Shown here: positions 37,260 to 48,024 of the stretch, piece by piece
How the letters are laid out: each line of letters opens with the position of its first letter
Numbering within the stretch: the first letter of the stretch is position 1
IMG/VR virus record: IMGVR_UViG_3300031088_000737
Span: 64,001-128,000 of that record
From: a virus
Direction: 5' to 3' (one strand)
DNA length: 64,000 nucleotides
Made by a program: the position numbers and the translations under genes
Notes under the pieces: model-generated
Told to the model about the DNA's origin: nothing
The model's input: the letters and a program-made list of their open reading frames with translations, nothing else
The model's database searches: none

Positions 37260-37595
37260 ATGTTTAATAAAGCGATTATATCACTCTCACTATTTATGTC
37301 ATCTTCATCTGTTATGGCCGCAGTAAGCACTGCAGTTAACAGAACAATCGAACAAGGTGACTACATCAACCCTGATGTGTTAAAAGCCACCCTCATCACA
37401 TCATTATTATTCTTATGCGTATTTGCGGCTCTTATTTTACTAGCAATGAAAAGTAAAACAGTCATGGCGGCTAATGTGTTTAGAGTTTCAGCTATCATTG
37501 TATTAGTTATTTTGCTTTCAATGAAGTATGCAACGAATTATCATAAGATGAATTATTACAGCCCAACACCTATAGTTCAAATGCCCAATAAATAA
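37260..37595 (+). CDS. Small exported/membrane protein
   Basis: Signal peptide plus two TM segments. Confidence 0.7.
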   Translation: MFNKAIISLSLFMSSSSVMAAVSTAVNRTIEQGDYINPDVLKATLITSLLFLCVFAALILLAMKSKTVMAANVFRVSAIIVLVILLSMKYATNYHKMNYYSPTPIVQMPNK

Positions 37596-37643
37596 TGACA
37601 AATCATTAATCGTATGTTATAGTTATTTTATTTGGAGTTTTAC

Positions 37644-38456
37644 ATGTCTTTTTATAATATAGCTCTTTCACTTTGTATTGGTGATGTTGAATTAGTCAGC
37701 ATACCTAGTCAATATTTAGAACCAATCAATTTTCCACACTCTCTTGAAGATATTAAAAATGTTGTGATAAATTTTGGTGACTCCTATGTAAAATGTGATA
37801 TAAAAATTGAATTTTCTTTTTTTAGTAATAATTTAAAAACCATTACTATTAATGGTAATGACATTTGTTATAAACGTTTATTTGAATTTTTGGATGAAAC
37901 GAATCCAACAGAACAAATATCAGTAGCTGGATTCGAAAGATTTCAACTTTCATTTTCATTAATGGCACAAATTGGTGGCGGATTTACTCGACGTATTCCT
38001 AACAAACCTGTTGTCCAGTCATATAAAAATGGAATTCTTGATGTTTTAGAATTTATGATGATTGATTATCATTATAATGTTACTGATTACTCGCAATTTA
38101 AACAGTGGCAAAAACCAACAACTTTATATTTCAATGAAGATGGGACAATTAAAGGACAATATTCCTATATTCGTTTCGAGAATCAAAGACGTAACAAGAA
38201 AATGGAAAAGATTCAAATTGATGAGTACATAAAAACAATGAATGCATTGATAGGTCAAAATCTTAAATTAAATTATCAAACATATGAATTTGAATTTGAA
38301 AACTACACATTAAATTTAGTCGATGAATTAATTATTGATATGTATTTTTATTTTGATGATTATAAAATAAATAAAGAAATAACATTTAACAATAGAGATT
38401 ATTTATTTCATTTAACACCTGATGAACGAATAGTATTGCAGATGCAAGTAATTTAA
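37644..38456 (+). CDS. Hypothetical protein, paralog family C
   Basis: Similar to 38508..39317 (FP..LEDI..V.I, NKPV...Y, P....FNE.G); ends LQMQVI. Confidence 0.78.
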   Translation: MSFYNIALSLCIGDVELVSIPSQYLEPINFPHSLEDIKNVVINFGDSYVKCDIKIEFSFFSNNLKTITINGNDICYKRLFEFLDETNPTEQISVAGFERFQLSFSLMAQIGGGFTRRIPNKPVVQSYKNGILDVLEFMMIDYHYNVTDYSQFKQWQKPTTLYFNEDGTIKGQYSYIRFENQRRNKKMEKIQIDEYIKTMNALIGQNLKLNYQTYEFEFENYTLNLVDELIIDMYFYFDDYKINKEITFNNRDYLFHLTPDERIVLQMQVI

Positions 38457-38507
38457 TGATTGACATTATAATAATATAAACCTAACATAATAATAGGAGG
38501 TTTTATC

Positions 38508-39317
38508 ATGTCAAAGCATGTCGATATGTCATTTACTGCAGCTAATAAGGAAATATTAAGTGTATCTGGGGTTACTTTTGATAACACTTCCTTCCCATTT
38601 GTCTACGAAGACATTGAAAAAGTTGTTATTTTAGTTGATGATGACTTTGAAGAAACAAAAGTAGTTGGATTAAATATTTACTTATTGGTTGATCATGAAA
38701 CCAAACTCTTTAGATTTAATATCTTCGATAGCGATTTAACAACACTCTTTAAAACGATTGATAGTTCAGTAAAACCTCTGGTGATTGGCTTTGACCCTTA
38801 TTTTCAATTAATGAGCGTTAAATTTATACCAAAAGGTATCTATGGCTTATACAAGGATAATGTTAACAAACCTGTTAGAACTGTTTATGATGAATTAGGC
38901 ATAGTAAAAAACTTAACCTATCTGGATGTTGATCCTAATCAGTCGGATTTGAATTATTACAATGCATCTTGTCATACAACCCCTAAGTTTATTGCCTACA
39001 ATGAATTTGGTGAATTGGATGAAGACAATTCGTATTTCTCAATACATAGAAAGAACACCACTTTCATTGTGGCCACTTATAAAGACCACTTAGCTTTAAT
39101 AGAAAATATCACTAAGAAAAAGGCTTTTTTTAATTTGGAAGAACACAAAGTGATGATTGAAAATGAATTGCTTTCTGTTAATGACCTCATCTTATTAAGG
39201 CTCTATTATTCCTTTAATTATTACAAACTTAAATTTAATCTCGAATATCAATCGAAAGAAGATATTTTTAATTTTTCCGATAACGATAAAGCCTTAATTT
39301 CTATGTTATTGTTCTAA
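38508..39317 (+). CDS. Hypothetical protein, paralog family C
   Basis: Paralog of 37644..38456; ends ISMLLF. Confidence 0.78.
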   Translation: MSKHVDMSFTAANKEILSVSGVTFDNTSFPFVYEDIEKVVILVDDDFEETKVVGLNIYLLVDHETKLFRFNIFDSDLTTLFKTIDSSVKPLVIGFDPYFQLMSVKFIPKGIYGLYKDNVNKPVRTVYDELGIVKNLTYLDVDPNQSDLNYYNASCHTTPKFIAYNEFGELDEDNSYFSIHRKNTTFIVATYKDHLALIENITKKKAFFNLEEHKVMIENELLSVNDLILLRLYYSFNYYKLKFNLEYQSKEDIFNFSDNDKALISMLLF

Positions 39318-39380
39318 CATATAGATTGACATTTAAATTAAATAAGATACTATTTATACACCAATTTAGGAGTATATATT

Positions 39381-39569
39381 ATGGCAATATCAGCAAGTTT
39401 AAAAGAAGCAATATTAGCAATACCAGATGATGGTTTTTGGAAATCAAGTGCAGAAGACAGTTTTCTTGATGCGGGTGCATTGTTGGCTGAAAAAGGTTTA
39501 GCCGAAGATGAAATTGTTGATTTGTTGAATGATTTGTATTATGCAGCAGCATCTTGCTATGGTGGTTAA
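39381..39569 (+). CDS. Small acidic hypothetical protein (62 aa)
   Basis: AGGAG RBS, upstream TTGACA...TAAGAT/TACTAT promoter, downstream terminator. Confidence 0.75.
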   Translation: MAISASLKEAILAIPDDGFWKSSAEDSFLDAGALLAEKGLAEDEIVDLLNDLYYAAASCYGG

Positions 39570-39612
39570 CACTAACTAAATTGAATACTAAAAAACCGCT
39601 TTCTAGCGGTTT

Positions 39613-40401
39613 TTAAATAGTTCCCATTTCAATAATTTTCATGTAATCTATTTTTTCTTCAGTTGTTAGTTGTTTTAAATCAGCCATTGTCATTTTAAAA
39701 TTATTTTTTAGTAAGACATCCATATGTTCTTTTACTTTTGATTCATAATCATTTTTAAAGCCTAACAATTCTACTTCCTGATTACATTTGTTATCTTCAT
39801 GAATGTTTAAATATAGGTAATACCGTTTTTTAGCAGATACAGGGTAGGAAACTGTCAAAACAGGCTGTAGTTTGTTATTCTTAACTATGAATCTTAGTTC
39901 TATATTAATTGTACAAGCATAAACCATTTTTTTGTAATCTGGATCAAATTCAACTAAGGCATTTGAAAGCGTTACGACACCAGCCGTTTTGAATGAGCTG
40001 TTTTTTTCAATCAATTTACTTTTAAATTGTCCTTCTATCGAGCAGTCTTTTATTTCAATTTTTTTCACGAATCCATATCGTTCACCAATGATATTGAAAT
40101 CATTAAACATATTATTTAGATAAGTGTAGTCATAGTTTTTATTTCCAAATAACTGATCAATAGTTTCGTTTTCTACATATCTAAATTTCATCGAACAGTG
40201 ATAGTCATACGACATATTGGGAATCAATCGTTGAGGTTTAGCAAACACACAGGCTACGGTACTGGTATTGTATTTAACTGTTTCATCAATGCCTACAACT
40301 TCATAAATGGAATACTTGTCTTTTGGACACAAATACTTTTCAAAGGATGTATTATCAAACATCTCATGATAGGCTGCTAATACTACCTCTGCATTGATCA
40401 T
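39613..40401 (-). CDS. Hypothetical protein, paralog family D
   Basis: NY.Y, G..F, L.P.L.V..P motifs; ends TEEKIDYMKIIEMGTI. Confidence 0.8.
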   Translation of the reverse strand: MINAEVVLAAYHEMFDNTSFEKYLCPKDKYSIYEVVGIDETVKYNTSTVACVFAKPQRLIPNMSYDYHCSMKFRYVENETIDQLFGNKNYDYTYLNNMFNDFNIIGERYGFVKKIEIKDCSIEGQFKSKLIEKNSSFKTAGVVTLSNALVEFDPDYKKMVYACTINIELRFIVKNNKLQPVLTVSYPVSAKKRYYLYLNIHEDNKCNQEVELLGFKNDYESKVKEHMDVLLKNNFKMTMADLKQLTTEEKIDYMKIIEMGTI

Positions 40402-40412
40402 AGACACTCCGA

Positions 40413-41258
40413 TTAAATCATGGACATTTCAGCAACTTTCAAATAATTCAATTTATCTTCAAAGGTTAATGTTGCTAAATATTTATTTTTTAGTTTTAAT
40501 TCTTTTCTTAAAATCATATCCACTCTTTCTTTTAATACGATATCTAACTTAGACATCGCTTTTTCGAGTTGTCGTTCATTAAACGCTTGTCCATCTGGAT
40601 GAATATCAACAGTAATGAACATTTTGTCACTGATAGAAATGGGGAATGTAATCTCTGCTAATGGATGAATAACACCGTTAGTGACAGCAAACTTATAGAC
40701 TATTGTAATTCTTCGGCTTCTTAATTTACCATTTCTGGTGTTGTTTTTAGTTTTGAAGAAGTCTGCAAAATTAACTTCTGATATCTTAGTCTCAGTGGGA
40801 ATAAGTTTTGTAGAAATTCCTTTAAATTGATAAGCTTTTTTAAAGTAATGATGAAGAGCGGGATCTTTAATGGTTTCCAATGATTCAAATAAAGCATGTT
40901 GTTGCCCCATTGCAAAGCAATCATTGATAACTTTATTGACAATTTCATAATTATAGTTCACTTGACTAAATAGAGAACTTACAAATTTTTTGTTGAGATT
41001 AGAAAACTGTAAATAAGTATAAAACTGATAATCTTCTTTTTCTTGTGGATACCCAGTGTTATAACTAAAAGCCATATATATTTCTTCATTTTCTTCATCA
41101 ATTTCTTTTTGCTTAACAGCTTTATTTCTTGATTTAATAACCCCAACGACACCCGTACTTGTACTAGAGTTTGCGTCGTAAAACGAAGGCTTATCAAAAG
41201 CGGTTCCCTCAAAAAGTTTTAAATAGGCGTCTAAGCAGGTTATTTGACTTTCATTCAT
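40413..41258 (-). CDS. Hypothetical protein, paralog family D
   Basis: IHPLAEITFP, DIHPD; ends AEMSMI. Confidence 0.8.
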   Translation of the reverse strand: MNESQITCLDAYLKLFEGTAFDKPSFYDANSSTSTGVVGVIKSRNKAVKQKEIDEENEEIYMAFSYNTGYPQEKEDYQFYTYLQFSNLNKKFVSSLFSQVNYNYEIVNKVINDCFAMGQQHALFESLETIKDPALHHYFKKAYQFKGISTKLIPTETKISEVNFADFFKTKNNTRNGKLRSRRITIVYKFAVTNGVIHPLAEITFPISISDKMFITVDIHPDGQAFNERQLEKAMSKLDIVLKERVDMILRKELKLKNKYLATLTFEDKLNYLKVAEMSMI

Positions 41259-41288
41259 GTAAGGCTCCATAATTTAACAGTAACGGTA

Positions 41289-42107
41289 TCATATTTCCGA
41301 CATTTCTGCAATCGTTAAATAGTTGATTTTATCTTCTGTTGTTAACGTTGCTAATGTTTTATTAGTAAATTGTAATTCTTTTTTTAACACCTGATTGACT
41401 CTTTTAATCAATCTTTCTTCTAGTTCAGATGAGTATTTGATCAATCGTTCTTCAGCTTCTTGTTTCTGATCCGGGTGGATATCAAATGCGAGTTCTATAC
41501 TGGCATTGGGTGCTACAGGGTAATCAATCATTGCTATTGGATGAATTTCATTGTTTCTTAAAACAAAATGATAACATAAGGTCATATTTTTACCTTTTAA
41601 TTTTTTTGCACCTCTTTCTAGTTTATGCAGTTCAGTCTTATAGAAATTTGAAAACTGTATATTTGAAATATTTTTTGTGCTGGCAAATTGTGTGTTTTCG
41701 TAATGCGTCCACAAATATCTTGAAACTAACGTTTCTTCAATTTTAATATATTTAACTGGCTTTAAAGTTTTAAACAACTTATAGGTTTCACCTAGTGTGT
41801 ATAAATGTTTTATTGCTTTTTCAATGAATGCATAATTATATTGATGTGGCTTTAACAGTTCCCTCACTGTTTTTATGTTTATATTTTCGAAGCCAATGAC
41901 ACATTCTTTTTCATAATCCACACATTTATTTGGAAATCCAACCTTATCCTTAAATCTAAATATTACCTTAGATGAAGATTCTTTCATATCTACGATGAAT
42001 GCATGGTTGAAATAATGATTACTTTCACCTGTATTGATTTGATCGATGTCTTGATCTTTAAAAAAGTCTTTACAGACTTGAATAAGATTGTTTTGTTCTT
42101 CGCTCAT
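41289..42107 (-). CDS. Hypothetical protein, paralog family D
   Basis: IHPIAMIDYP, DIHPDQ; ends AEMSEI. Confidence 0.8.
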   Translation of the reverse strand: MSEEQNNLIQVCKDFFKDQDIDQINTGESNHYFNHAFIVDMKESSSKVIFRFKDKVGFPNKCVDYEKECVIGFENINIKTVRELLKPHQYNYAFIEKAIKHLYTLGETYKLFKTLKPVKYIKIEETLVSRYLWTHYENTQFASTKNISNIQFSNFYKTELHKLERGAKKLKGKNMTLCYHFVLRNNEIHPIAMIDYPVAPNASIELAFDIHPDQKQEAEERLIKYSSELEERLIKRVNQVLKKELQFTNKTLATLTTEDKINYLTIAEMSEI

Positions 42108-42143
42108 TAATATCTCCAGTGGTATTTTATTCTTTGATTACAT

Positions 42144-42947
42144 TCAAATCGTGTTCATGTCTATGACAATGAGGTAATTTAATTTTTCTTCTAACGTCAT
42201 GGCCGCAATCTCTTCTTTTTTCATTTTAAGTTTTCTTTTCAAAACACTTTCAAAATGTTCTTCTAAGATCTTTGCAAAACGAATCTTTTCTTTTTCCAAA
42301 TGTTCTTTTTGAGCCACTTCTTGTGATGGGTGTAAATTTAGTTTTACCAAAAAATCATAAGATGAACTATAAGGCAACGATATACTGACAATCGGTTGAA
42401 TATCAAGACTCTCAGAAAGATAAAAGTTGTTATGAATTTTTGCCACTTTCTTTTTCAAGTTATCAGCAGACGATCTTTTGTCCGTCATCATGGGAGAAAA
42501 CGATATTTTTGTTAAATGTTTTTGTTCACTCTTGGCAACTTTTCTTACGGTTGTGTATAATTCTTCAAGTTTTGTGTGCTTTAATTCGGTAATTTCTTTG
42601 TAGAAACCAAACTTGTGACCAATTTTATAAAGAGATTGAACGGTATCATGAATAGCTTGATAATTATAGTTTTGGGCATTAAAAAAGTCTGTTAATATGT
42701 CTTCTTTTATGTCATTACCAATTATTTCACACATATATGGATATGATTGTCCATAAAACTTGGCTCTATTTGAACGGTAAAAGTTAAATTGTAAGCTAGT
42801 GCTGGTAGGTTCTCCTTTGCGTTTGTAGATACTTTTAATATTTGTCATTATAAAATCACCTTCTGTTTGAACAATTTCATTTTCAGAAGGCAATAAATTT
42901 TGGGTCATTTTATTAAAAGCATTTAAGTAAATTGTTAATTCATTCAT
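42144..42947 (-). CDS. Hypothetical protein, paralog family D
   Basis: Start MNELTIY at 42947 (GAGG RBS); NLHPSQ; ends IDMNTI. Confidence 0.8.
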   Translation of the reverse strand: MNELTIYLNAFNKMTQNLLPSENEIVQTEGDFIMTNIKSIYKRKGEPTSTSLQFNFYRSNRAKFYGQSYPYMCEIIGNDIKEDILTDFFNAQNYNYQAIHDTVQSLYKIGHKFGFYKEITELKHTKLEELYTTVRKVAKSEQKHLTKISFSPMMTDKRSSADNLKKKVAKIHNNFYLSESLDIQPIVSISLPYSSSYDFLVKLNLHPSQEVAQKEHLEKEKIRFAKILEEHFESVLKRKLKMKKEEIAAMTLEEKLNYLIVIDMNTI

Positions 42948-43001
42948 TTTACAAACCTCTTTCGTGAGGTCTATTATATCAAAAAAAAGAACTTTAATCA
43001 A

Positions 43002-43790
43002 CTAAATTGAATTCATTTCAAGTATCGGAATGTAATTTAATTTTTCTTCTAATGTTAATCGAAAAATTTCATCTCTGGTTAACTTCATTCGTTTGTTTAA
43101 TAAGAAATCTAAATGATCTTCTAACAATTTTTTAAAATCATTAATTTGCAATTCTAAATTTTCTAATTGACTTTCTTTTTGAGATGGATGTAAATAAATT
43201 TTCACCATGAAACTAGATGATGAGCAATAAGGAATTGTTAAATAAAGAATAGGATGTATCTCGTTATCATCACTTACAAAAAATTCAACACGATGACTGG
43301 CAACCTTATTGAGTGGTTTGCCATCATTTCTAGGCTTTAAAAAACTAGCTAAATTTAATTTGCTTACATTTTTTACAGTAATTCGTGGTTCATCAAAGCC
43401 ATAGTCAAAGCTATCATGTAGTTTAATATTTTTTATTTCTTGCATATTGTTAAAGAAACTAAATGATTGACCTACTTTAAAGCAATCGACCATTGCTTTT
43501 TCAACTAATTCGTAATTGTAGTTTTGAGCTTCAAAAATGTCTTTTAATAGTTCATAAGGCACATCTCTTGTTCGTATCTGACAATGAGTGTCGTAACTTT
43601 CTTGACTAGTCTTCTTGTCAGGATAAAAGCTAACATTTATATAGTAGTTAAATTTTGATTTGTCTTCTGGTTCATTGACACTGACAAATTCATGTTGAAC
43701 CCCATGTTGTCGATAAATGACACGATTTTCTGGTGTTTGTTTGACTATTAATTTATTAAAAGCTTCTTTGTACCTATCTTCTTTGTTCAT
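43002..43790 (-). CDS. Hypothetical protein, paralog family D
   Basis: IHPILYLTIPY, YLHPSQ; ends LEMNSI. Confidence 0.8.
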   Translation of the reverse strand: MNKEDRYKEAFNKLIVKQTPENRVIYRQHGVQHEFVSVNEPEDKSKFNYYINVSFYPDKKTSQESYDTHCQIRTRDVPYELLKDIFEAQNYNYELVEKAMVDCFKVGQSFSFFNNMQEIKNIKLHDSFDYGFDEPRITVKNVSKLNLASFLKPRNDGKPLNKVASHRVEFFVSDDNEIHPILYLTIPYCSSSSFMVKIYLHPSQKESQLENLELQINDFKKLLEDHLDFLLNKRMKLTRDEIFRLTLEEKLNYIPILEMNSI

Positions 43791-43813
43791 TTTGACTCCA
43801 TATTCTCATTTAT

Positions 43814-44623
43814 TTAAAATTTTACCATTTCTACTAACGGTAGATAACTCATTTTTTCTTCTAAGGTTAATTTCAGTATATCTGCTTTTTTGAGTTTGAG
43901 CGATTTATTTAAAAGGATGTCGATATGTTCAGTGAGTAATACTTTGAAATCATTTAGTATTGAAGGTATCGTATTAATCATTTCTTCTTTTTTTGATGGA
44001 TGTAAATTGATTGAAACCATCATATATTTGTTCATTGTATAAGGTATAGATAAACTCAATACCGGGTGAAGTCTATTATCTTCTGACAATTTAAATTCAA
44101 GACGATAAACAAGTGTTTTTTTCTTTTCATTACCATTGGGTGTTTTTGTAGCAATAACAGTTGAAAGCGATATCTTTGTTGCCGTTTTTATTGATTCTGA
44201 TATGTAATAGAACCCGTGGCTATAACTGTCACTTATTTTAAAATCATGAACAGGTGTGAATGTCGTAAAAAATTTAAATTCTTGGCCTATTTTTATCAAG
44301 TTCATTAACACTTGTTGAACTAATTCATAATTGTAAGTATTGTTACTGAATATTTTAGTTATGTCCTCACTTGGCATATTTTGAAGCTGAAATTTACAAG
44401 AAGTATCATAATACGTTTCACCGACTTTCTCTAATTTAGCATGCTGAGTAAATACGCATGAAATCGCTTTACGATCAGGTAAGTTGTCATTTTTGACAAG
44501 ATGTATCAAACTATCAGAGTTATCCATAGAATTCTCAATCCTTGTATAAACAGGATTTATCATTTTTCCTAAGAAATGATGAAAAGCTTTTTTGTATCTT
44601 TTTTCTTTATCAAAATGTATCAT
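43814..44623 (-). CDS. Hypothetical protein, paralog family D
   Basis: LHPVLSLSIPY, NLHPSK; ends VEMVKF. Confidence 0.8.
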   Translation of the reverse strand: MIHFDKEKRYKKAFHHFLGKMINPVYTRIENSMDNSDSLIHLVKNDNLPDRKAISCVFTQHAKLEKVGETYYDTSCKFQLQNMPSEDITKIFSNNTYNYELVQQVLMNLIKIGQEFKFFTTFTPVHDFKISDSYSHGFYYISESIKTATKISLSTVIATKTPNGNEKKKTLVYRLEFKLSEDNRLHPVLSLSIPYTMNKYMMVSINLHPSKKEEMINTIPSILNDFKVLLTEHIDILLNKSLKLKKADILKLTLEEKMSYLPLVEMVKF

Positions 44624-44634
44624 TTAATAGTACC

Positions 44635-45198
44635 TTAAATTTTAACCATGTGAAAAAGTGCTAATTCTTCTTTTGTATATTTATTCAGTGGTTTTTCCAA
44701 AAAACCTTGCAACCTTTGAGAATAAAACTGTTCATGTACGGCATCTATTGTTTTATCTATTTTAGAAAGCATGCTGGGAGCAAACTGAAATTGAAAGGAT
44801 GCAGCAACTGTAGACACTTTTATTGTTGGGATAGCATATAATTTTTTAGAACGTTTATTGTAATAGAAATAAGTTTCCTTCAAATAAAAAACAACTTTTC
44901 TTTTATTTTCTATAATATTTTCATATTTGTCGATAAGATCTCTATTTTCATCGTAAGCTGCTAAAATAGCATCGTAAATCGATTTGTCAGCCGCTTCAAA
45001 AATCTTACGGTATTCATCACTCTCATGATCTCGACTAACGTACATGGTATTTCCATCATTAACCTTGGCAAAAAGTTTATGAGTACCAATATCAGTAGAT
45101 GGAAGACTTATTTCAAAATCTGTTTTGTTATTATAACTCACTTTTATTTTCGATTCATCTAACTCTAAAATATCAGTAATTTTTTCTACCAACGTCAT
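44635..45198 (-). CDS. Hypothetical protein, distant member of the tagged families
   Basis: AGGAG RBS gives start MTLVEKIT at 45198; ends TKEELALFHMVKI. Confidence 0.75.
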   Translation of the reverse strand: MTLVEKITDILELDESKIKVSYNNKTDFEISLPSTDIGTHKLFAKVNDGNTMYVSRDHESDEYRKIFEAADKSIYDAILAAYDENRDLIDKYENIIENKRKVVFYLKETYFYYNKRSKKLYAIPTIKVSTVAASFQFQFAPSMLSKIDKTIDAVHEQFYSQRLQGFLEKPLNKYTKEELALFHMVKI

Positions 45199-45451
45199 AA
45201 TTTTTCTCCTACATAATTTCAGGATTATACATGAACATAACATTTTTTGCAATGTTTTATTGACTTCACCGTGTTTTTTGCTTATAATTGAGATGTGCTT
45301 TATTGAGAGCGTGCTAAATAGGCGAGATGGCGAAACCGAACTGGTATCAATGATTATGTTTTCATTAATCAAACAACCCAACTTAATTGATCCTTAAAAT
45401 AAGTTGATTCCTATTTGTCGAATTATAACACTATTTTAATGGAGAATAATT

Positions 45452-46300
45452 ATGTCAAACATCAGTATCAATTCGAAAAATTTTAATCGCTATACCAAAA
45501 GACTTCAAAAAAATGCAGAAAAATATGGTCTAAAAATTACACTATCACAGGCTCAGGAATTGTTTTCTGAAACATTGGGAGCTGCTAACTATTTTGAAAT
45601 GCAAGCCATCCTTGAAAAAGAGTCGATTTCCAGAGAAGCTGAGTTTATTCAAAAATACAAAGAAATTATCAATAACGAAACAGCCATTGCAAAGTCTCGT
45701 ATCTATGTAGACTTTGGGAATATGATTATTGATATTGTCGGCTGGAATGAAGAGGAAGTTTATTCCATTTATTTTGGTAGCGAACGTATTGATAAATTAG
45801 ATGACTTTAAGCAAATAGGAATCCCGCTTGAAACATCAGAAAAATTAGTAAAATTATTCAATGAATATAATCCAGTAGGAAAATATGAAGGATTGTTGTT
45901 TGGTTCAAATGTTAGAAAAATTATGCAAGATGAAACAGGCAGTAATGACACGGTTTATTTTAAAAACAAGTTATTCGCTTATGAAAAAATGATTGATGGA
46001 TCTGTTTATTCAAAACGCTATATGGTTGTTACAGATCAGGGATTTAAGTCGATTGTAAAGAAACTCCATCCTTCAGGTGATTATTGCATCATGAAAAGTG
46101 ATAGATATCCGGGGTTTTCTGATGGTGATAAAGAGATTGCCTTACATCAGATAAAGAAAAATGATTCTATTGCTATTGAGTATTACCATGAGGTTGGTCA
46201 GGAGTATCCAAAGTGTTTACTTACACGTTTTTGGACATCTATTGATGGTGTAACACAAGAATATCAACCGGCTGATTATAAGCTTAATTTGCAGAGTTAA
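45452..46300 (+). CDS. Protein with N-terminal Glyoxalase_8-like helical domain and unknown C-terminal domain
   Basis: KRLQK..E..G.KITLSQAQELFSE.LG..NY pattern; own promoter TTGACT-17-TATAAT at 45260-45288. Confidence 0.6.
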   Translation: MSNISINSKNFNRYTKRLQKNAEKYGLKITLSQAQELFSETLGAANYFEMQAILEKESISREAEFIQKYKEIINNETAIAKSRIYVDFGNMIIDIVGWNEEEVYSIYFGSERIDKLDDFKQIGIPLETSEKLVKLFNEYNPVGKYEGLLFGSNVRKIMQDETGSNDTVYFKNKLFAYEKMIDGSVYSKRYMVVTDQGFKSIVKKLHPSGDYCIMKSDRYPGFSDGDKEIALHQIKKNDSIAIEYYHEVGQEYPKCLLTRFWTSIDGVTQEYQPADYKLNLQS

Positions 46301-46416
46301 TATCATAATTGTATAGTTATTGTTAGAAGATGACCACAAATCAACATAGAACAACCTTCGGGTTGTTTTTTTTTCGATTGGTGTTATTATGTCATCAGCC
46401 AACTATCGAGAAAATT

Positions 46417-46923
46417 ATGAAAACACTCACTTATTTTTTGGAAGACAGTTTAAACTTAGATAATATATTGATAGCCATCAACTCAGCTAATCAAGTGGTA
46501 TTTGTCAGTCTTGATAATACAAAAGAAGATAACATCTATAATTTGAAAAAAGAGTATCCTAATTTCAAAATAGAAGAAGGTATTCTTAATGATAATATGA
46601 GAGAAATATTTAACCACGTCAAAAACCCAGTTAGACCCCATTCAGTAGAAATACATATGGATGGTTCAGACTTTCAGATGGCTGTATGGAATGCGATTAT
46701 GAAAATACCCACTGGTAAAACTGCTAGTTATACTGAAATAGCTGAATCATTAGGTAAACCACAATCTGTTCGTGCTGTAGCAACTGCTTGTAGTAAAAAT
46801 AAGATAGCCGTATTAGTGCCTTGTCATAGAGTGGTCAGTAAGAGTGATAAGAATACAGGATATAGATGGGATGTGTTTAGAAAGAAAAGATTGTTGGATA
46901 TTGAAAAGGAAAAACAATTCTGA
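46417..46923 (+). CDS. ogt: Methylated-DNA--protein-cysteine methyltransferase (Ogt/Ada-C type)
   Basis: GSDFQ..VW..I..IP.G.T.SY..IA...G.P..VRAVA.AC..N.IA..VPCHRV. The ORF-track start lies upstream of a terminator, so 46417 is used. Confidence 0.92.
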   Translation: MKTLTYFLEDSLNLDNILIAINSANQVVFVSLDNTKEDNIYNLKKEYPNFKIEEGILNDNMREIFNHVKNPVRPHSVEIHMDGSDFQMAVWNAIMKIPTGKTASYTEIAESLGKPQSVRAVATACSKNKIAVLVPCHRVVSKSDKNTGYRWDVFRKKRLLDIEKEKQF

Positions 46924-46931
46924 GGTGGGAT

Positions 46932-47132
46932 TTATACAAGTGATGAGCGTGCTGAGGCTTCCGATGAGTCTTTTCTCAAAGAAGCCTTATTAAAGGAGTT
47001 TTTACCTTCTCCACGTTTGGATTTAGCTTTTTTATCTTCTACAATACGAAGACCACAGTTACCCATTTCATGCATATATTTAGCAACGAAATTTCTTGAC
47101 TCTTGTGGCTGTTGATTCTTTTTCATTTTCAT
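46932..47132 (-). CDS. Small basic phage-type protein (RNFVAK motif)
   Basis: 66-aa ORF with AGGAG RBS; N(P/F)VAK...DKK.K..RG pattern recalled from small phage proteins. Confidence 0.65.
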   Translation of the reverse strand: MKMKKNQQPQESRNFVAKYMHEMGNCGLRIVEDKKAKSKRGEGKNSFNKASLRKDSSEASARSSLV

Positions 47133-47270
47133 TTCACTACTCTCCTAGTTATTTCCCTATAATATCATAGTATTTAAAGAAAATAAAGCCTTTTAAGATC
47201 AAAATTATAAAAAAATAAGTTGCCTAAATTTTGTTCATGATTTATACTTCAGTTGATATGATTGGAGAGT

Positions 47271-48008
47271 ATGAAAAAAATGAATGTTAAATCATTAGTG
47301 CCTGCTTTTTACTTTAAGAATTACCATTCTTTTGTATTGCTCAATTCTATTATTTTTTTAATTTTATCAATTCCTTTCCCAACAGTTGATGATTGGTCAT
47401 TAAATGGAATGAGATATCTTTTAGACTATCCTATCATGTTCTTTCTAACACTGTTGGTTGTATCAAATATTGCACTGTATTCTAAAAGTTTTATATCTAA
47501 ATCTTATCCATCCATACAAGACAGCATGTCCGATTTTTTTAATGTTTATTGTGTCTATGTTGCCATTATTTTAAAAGTTATGTTTCAACTTGGATGTATT
47601 TCTTATTACCTTTATGAAAAAAACATGACAACATTTCCATCAGCAAAATGGATGTTGGGAACGATGGCTTTATTTTATTTCTTATCACTCCTGAGTATTG
47701 GGCATTTTGTCTTTCATTCAGTTAAAGGCACTTATAAAAGGTACAAAACACCAGCCCACAAGAACCACTGGATTATGGAATATCTCAATCCTAAGCAACT
47801 TCGAAAATTAAAAAACATTTCTAGCAATGGAAAAATCGTTTCTATTTATTTTAATGGATTTCTTCTAAATGAAGCTGATAACAGTGTTGTGATTAGACAA
47901 TATAAGCTCAAACTGAATGCATTTCGAGACTATATTACACTTAACAATTTAAAATTAGATGATTTGAATGATGACGAACTTAAAGTCATTGAAATGCTAG
48001 GTATATAA
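47271..48008 (+). CDS. Four-TM membrane protein with soluble C-terminal domain, family E
   Basis: Paralog of 48025..48735 (KNHW..E...KQ.R, GK...IYF.GFL.NE.DN); ends VIEMLGI. Confidence 0.82.
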   Translation: MKKMNVKSLVPAFYFKNYHSFVLLNSIIFLILSIPFPTVDDWSLNGMRYLLDYPIMFFLTLLVVSNIALYSKSFISKSYPSIQDSMSDFFNVYCVYVAIILKVMFQLGCISYYLYEKNMTTFPSAKWMLGTMALFYFLSLLSIGHFVFHSVKGTYKRYKTPAHKNHWIMEYLNPKQLRKLKNISSNGKIVSIYFNGFLLNEADNSVVIRQYKLKLNAFRDYITLNNLKLDDLNDDELKVIEMLGI

Positions 48009-48024
48009 TTATGGAGTTTAAGTC

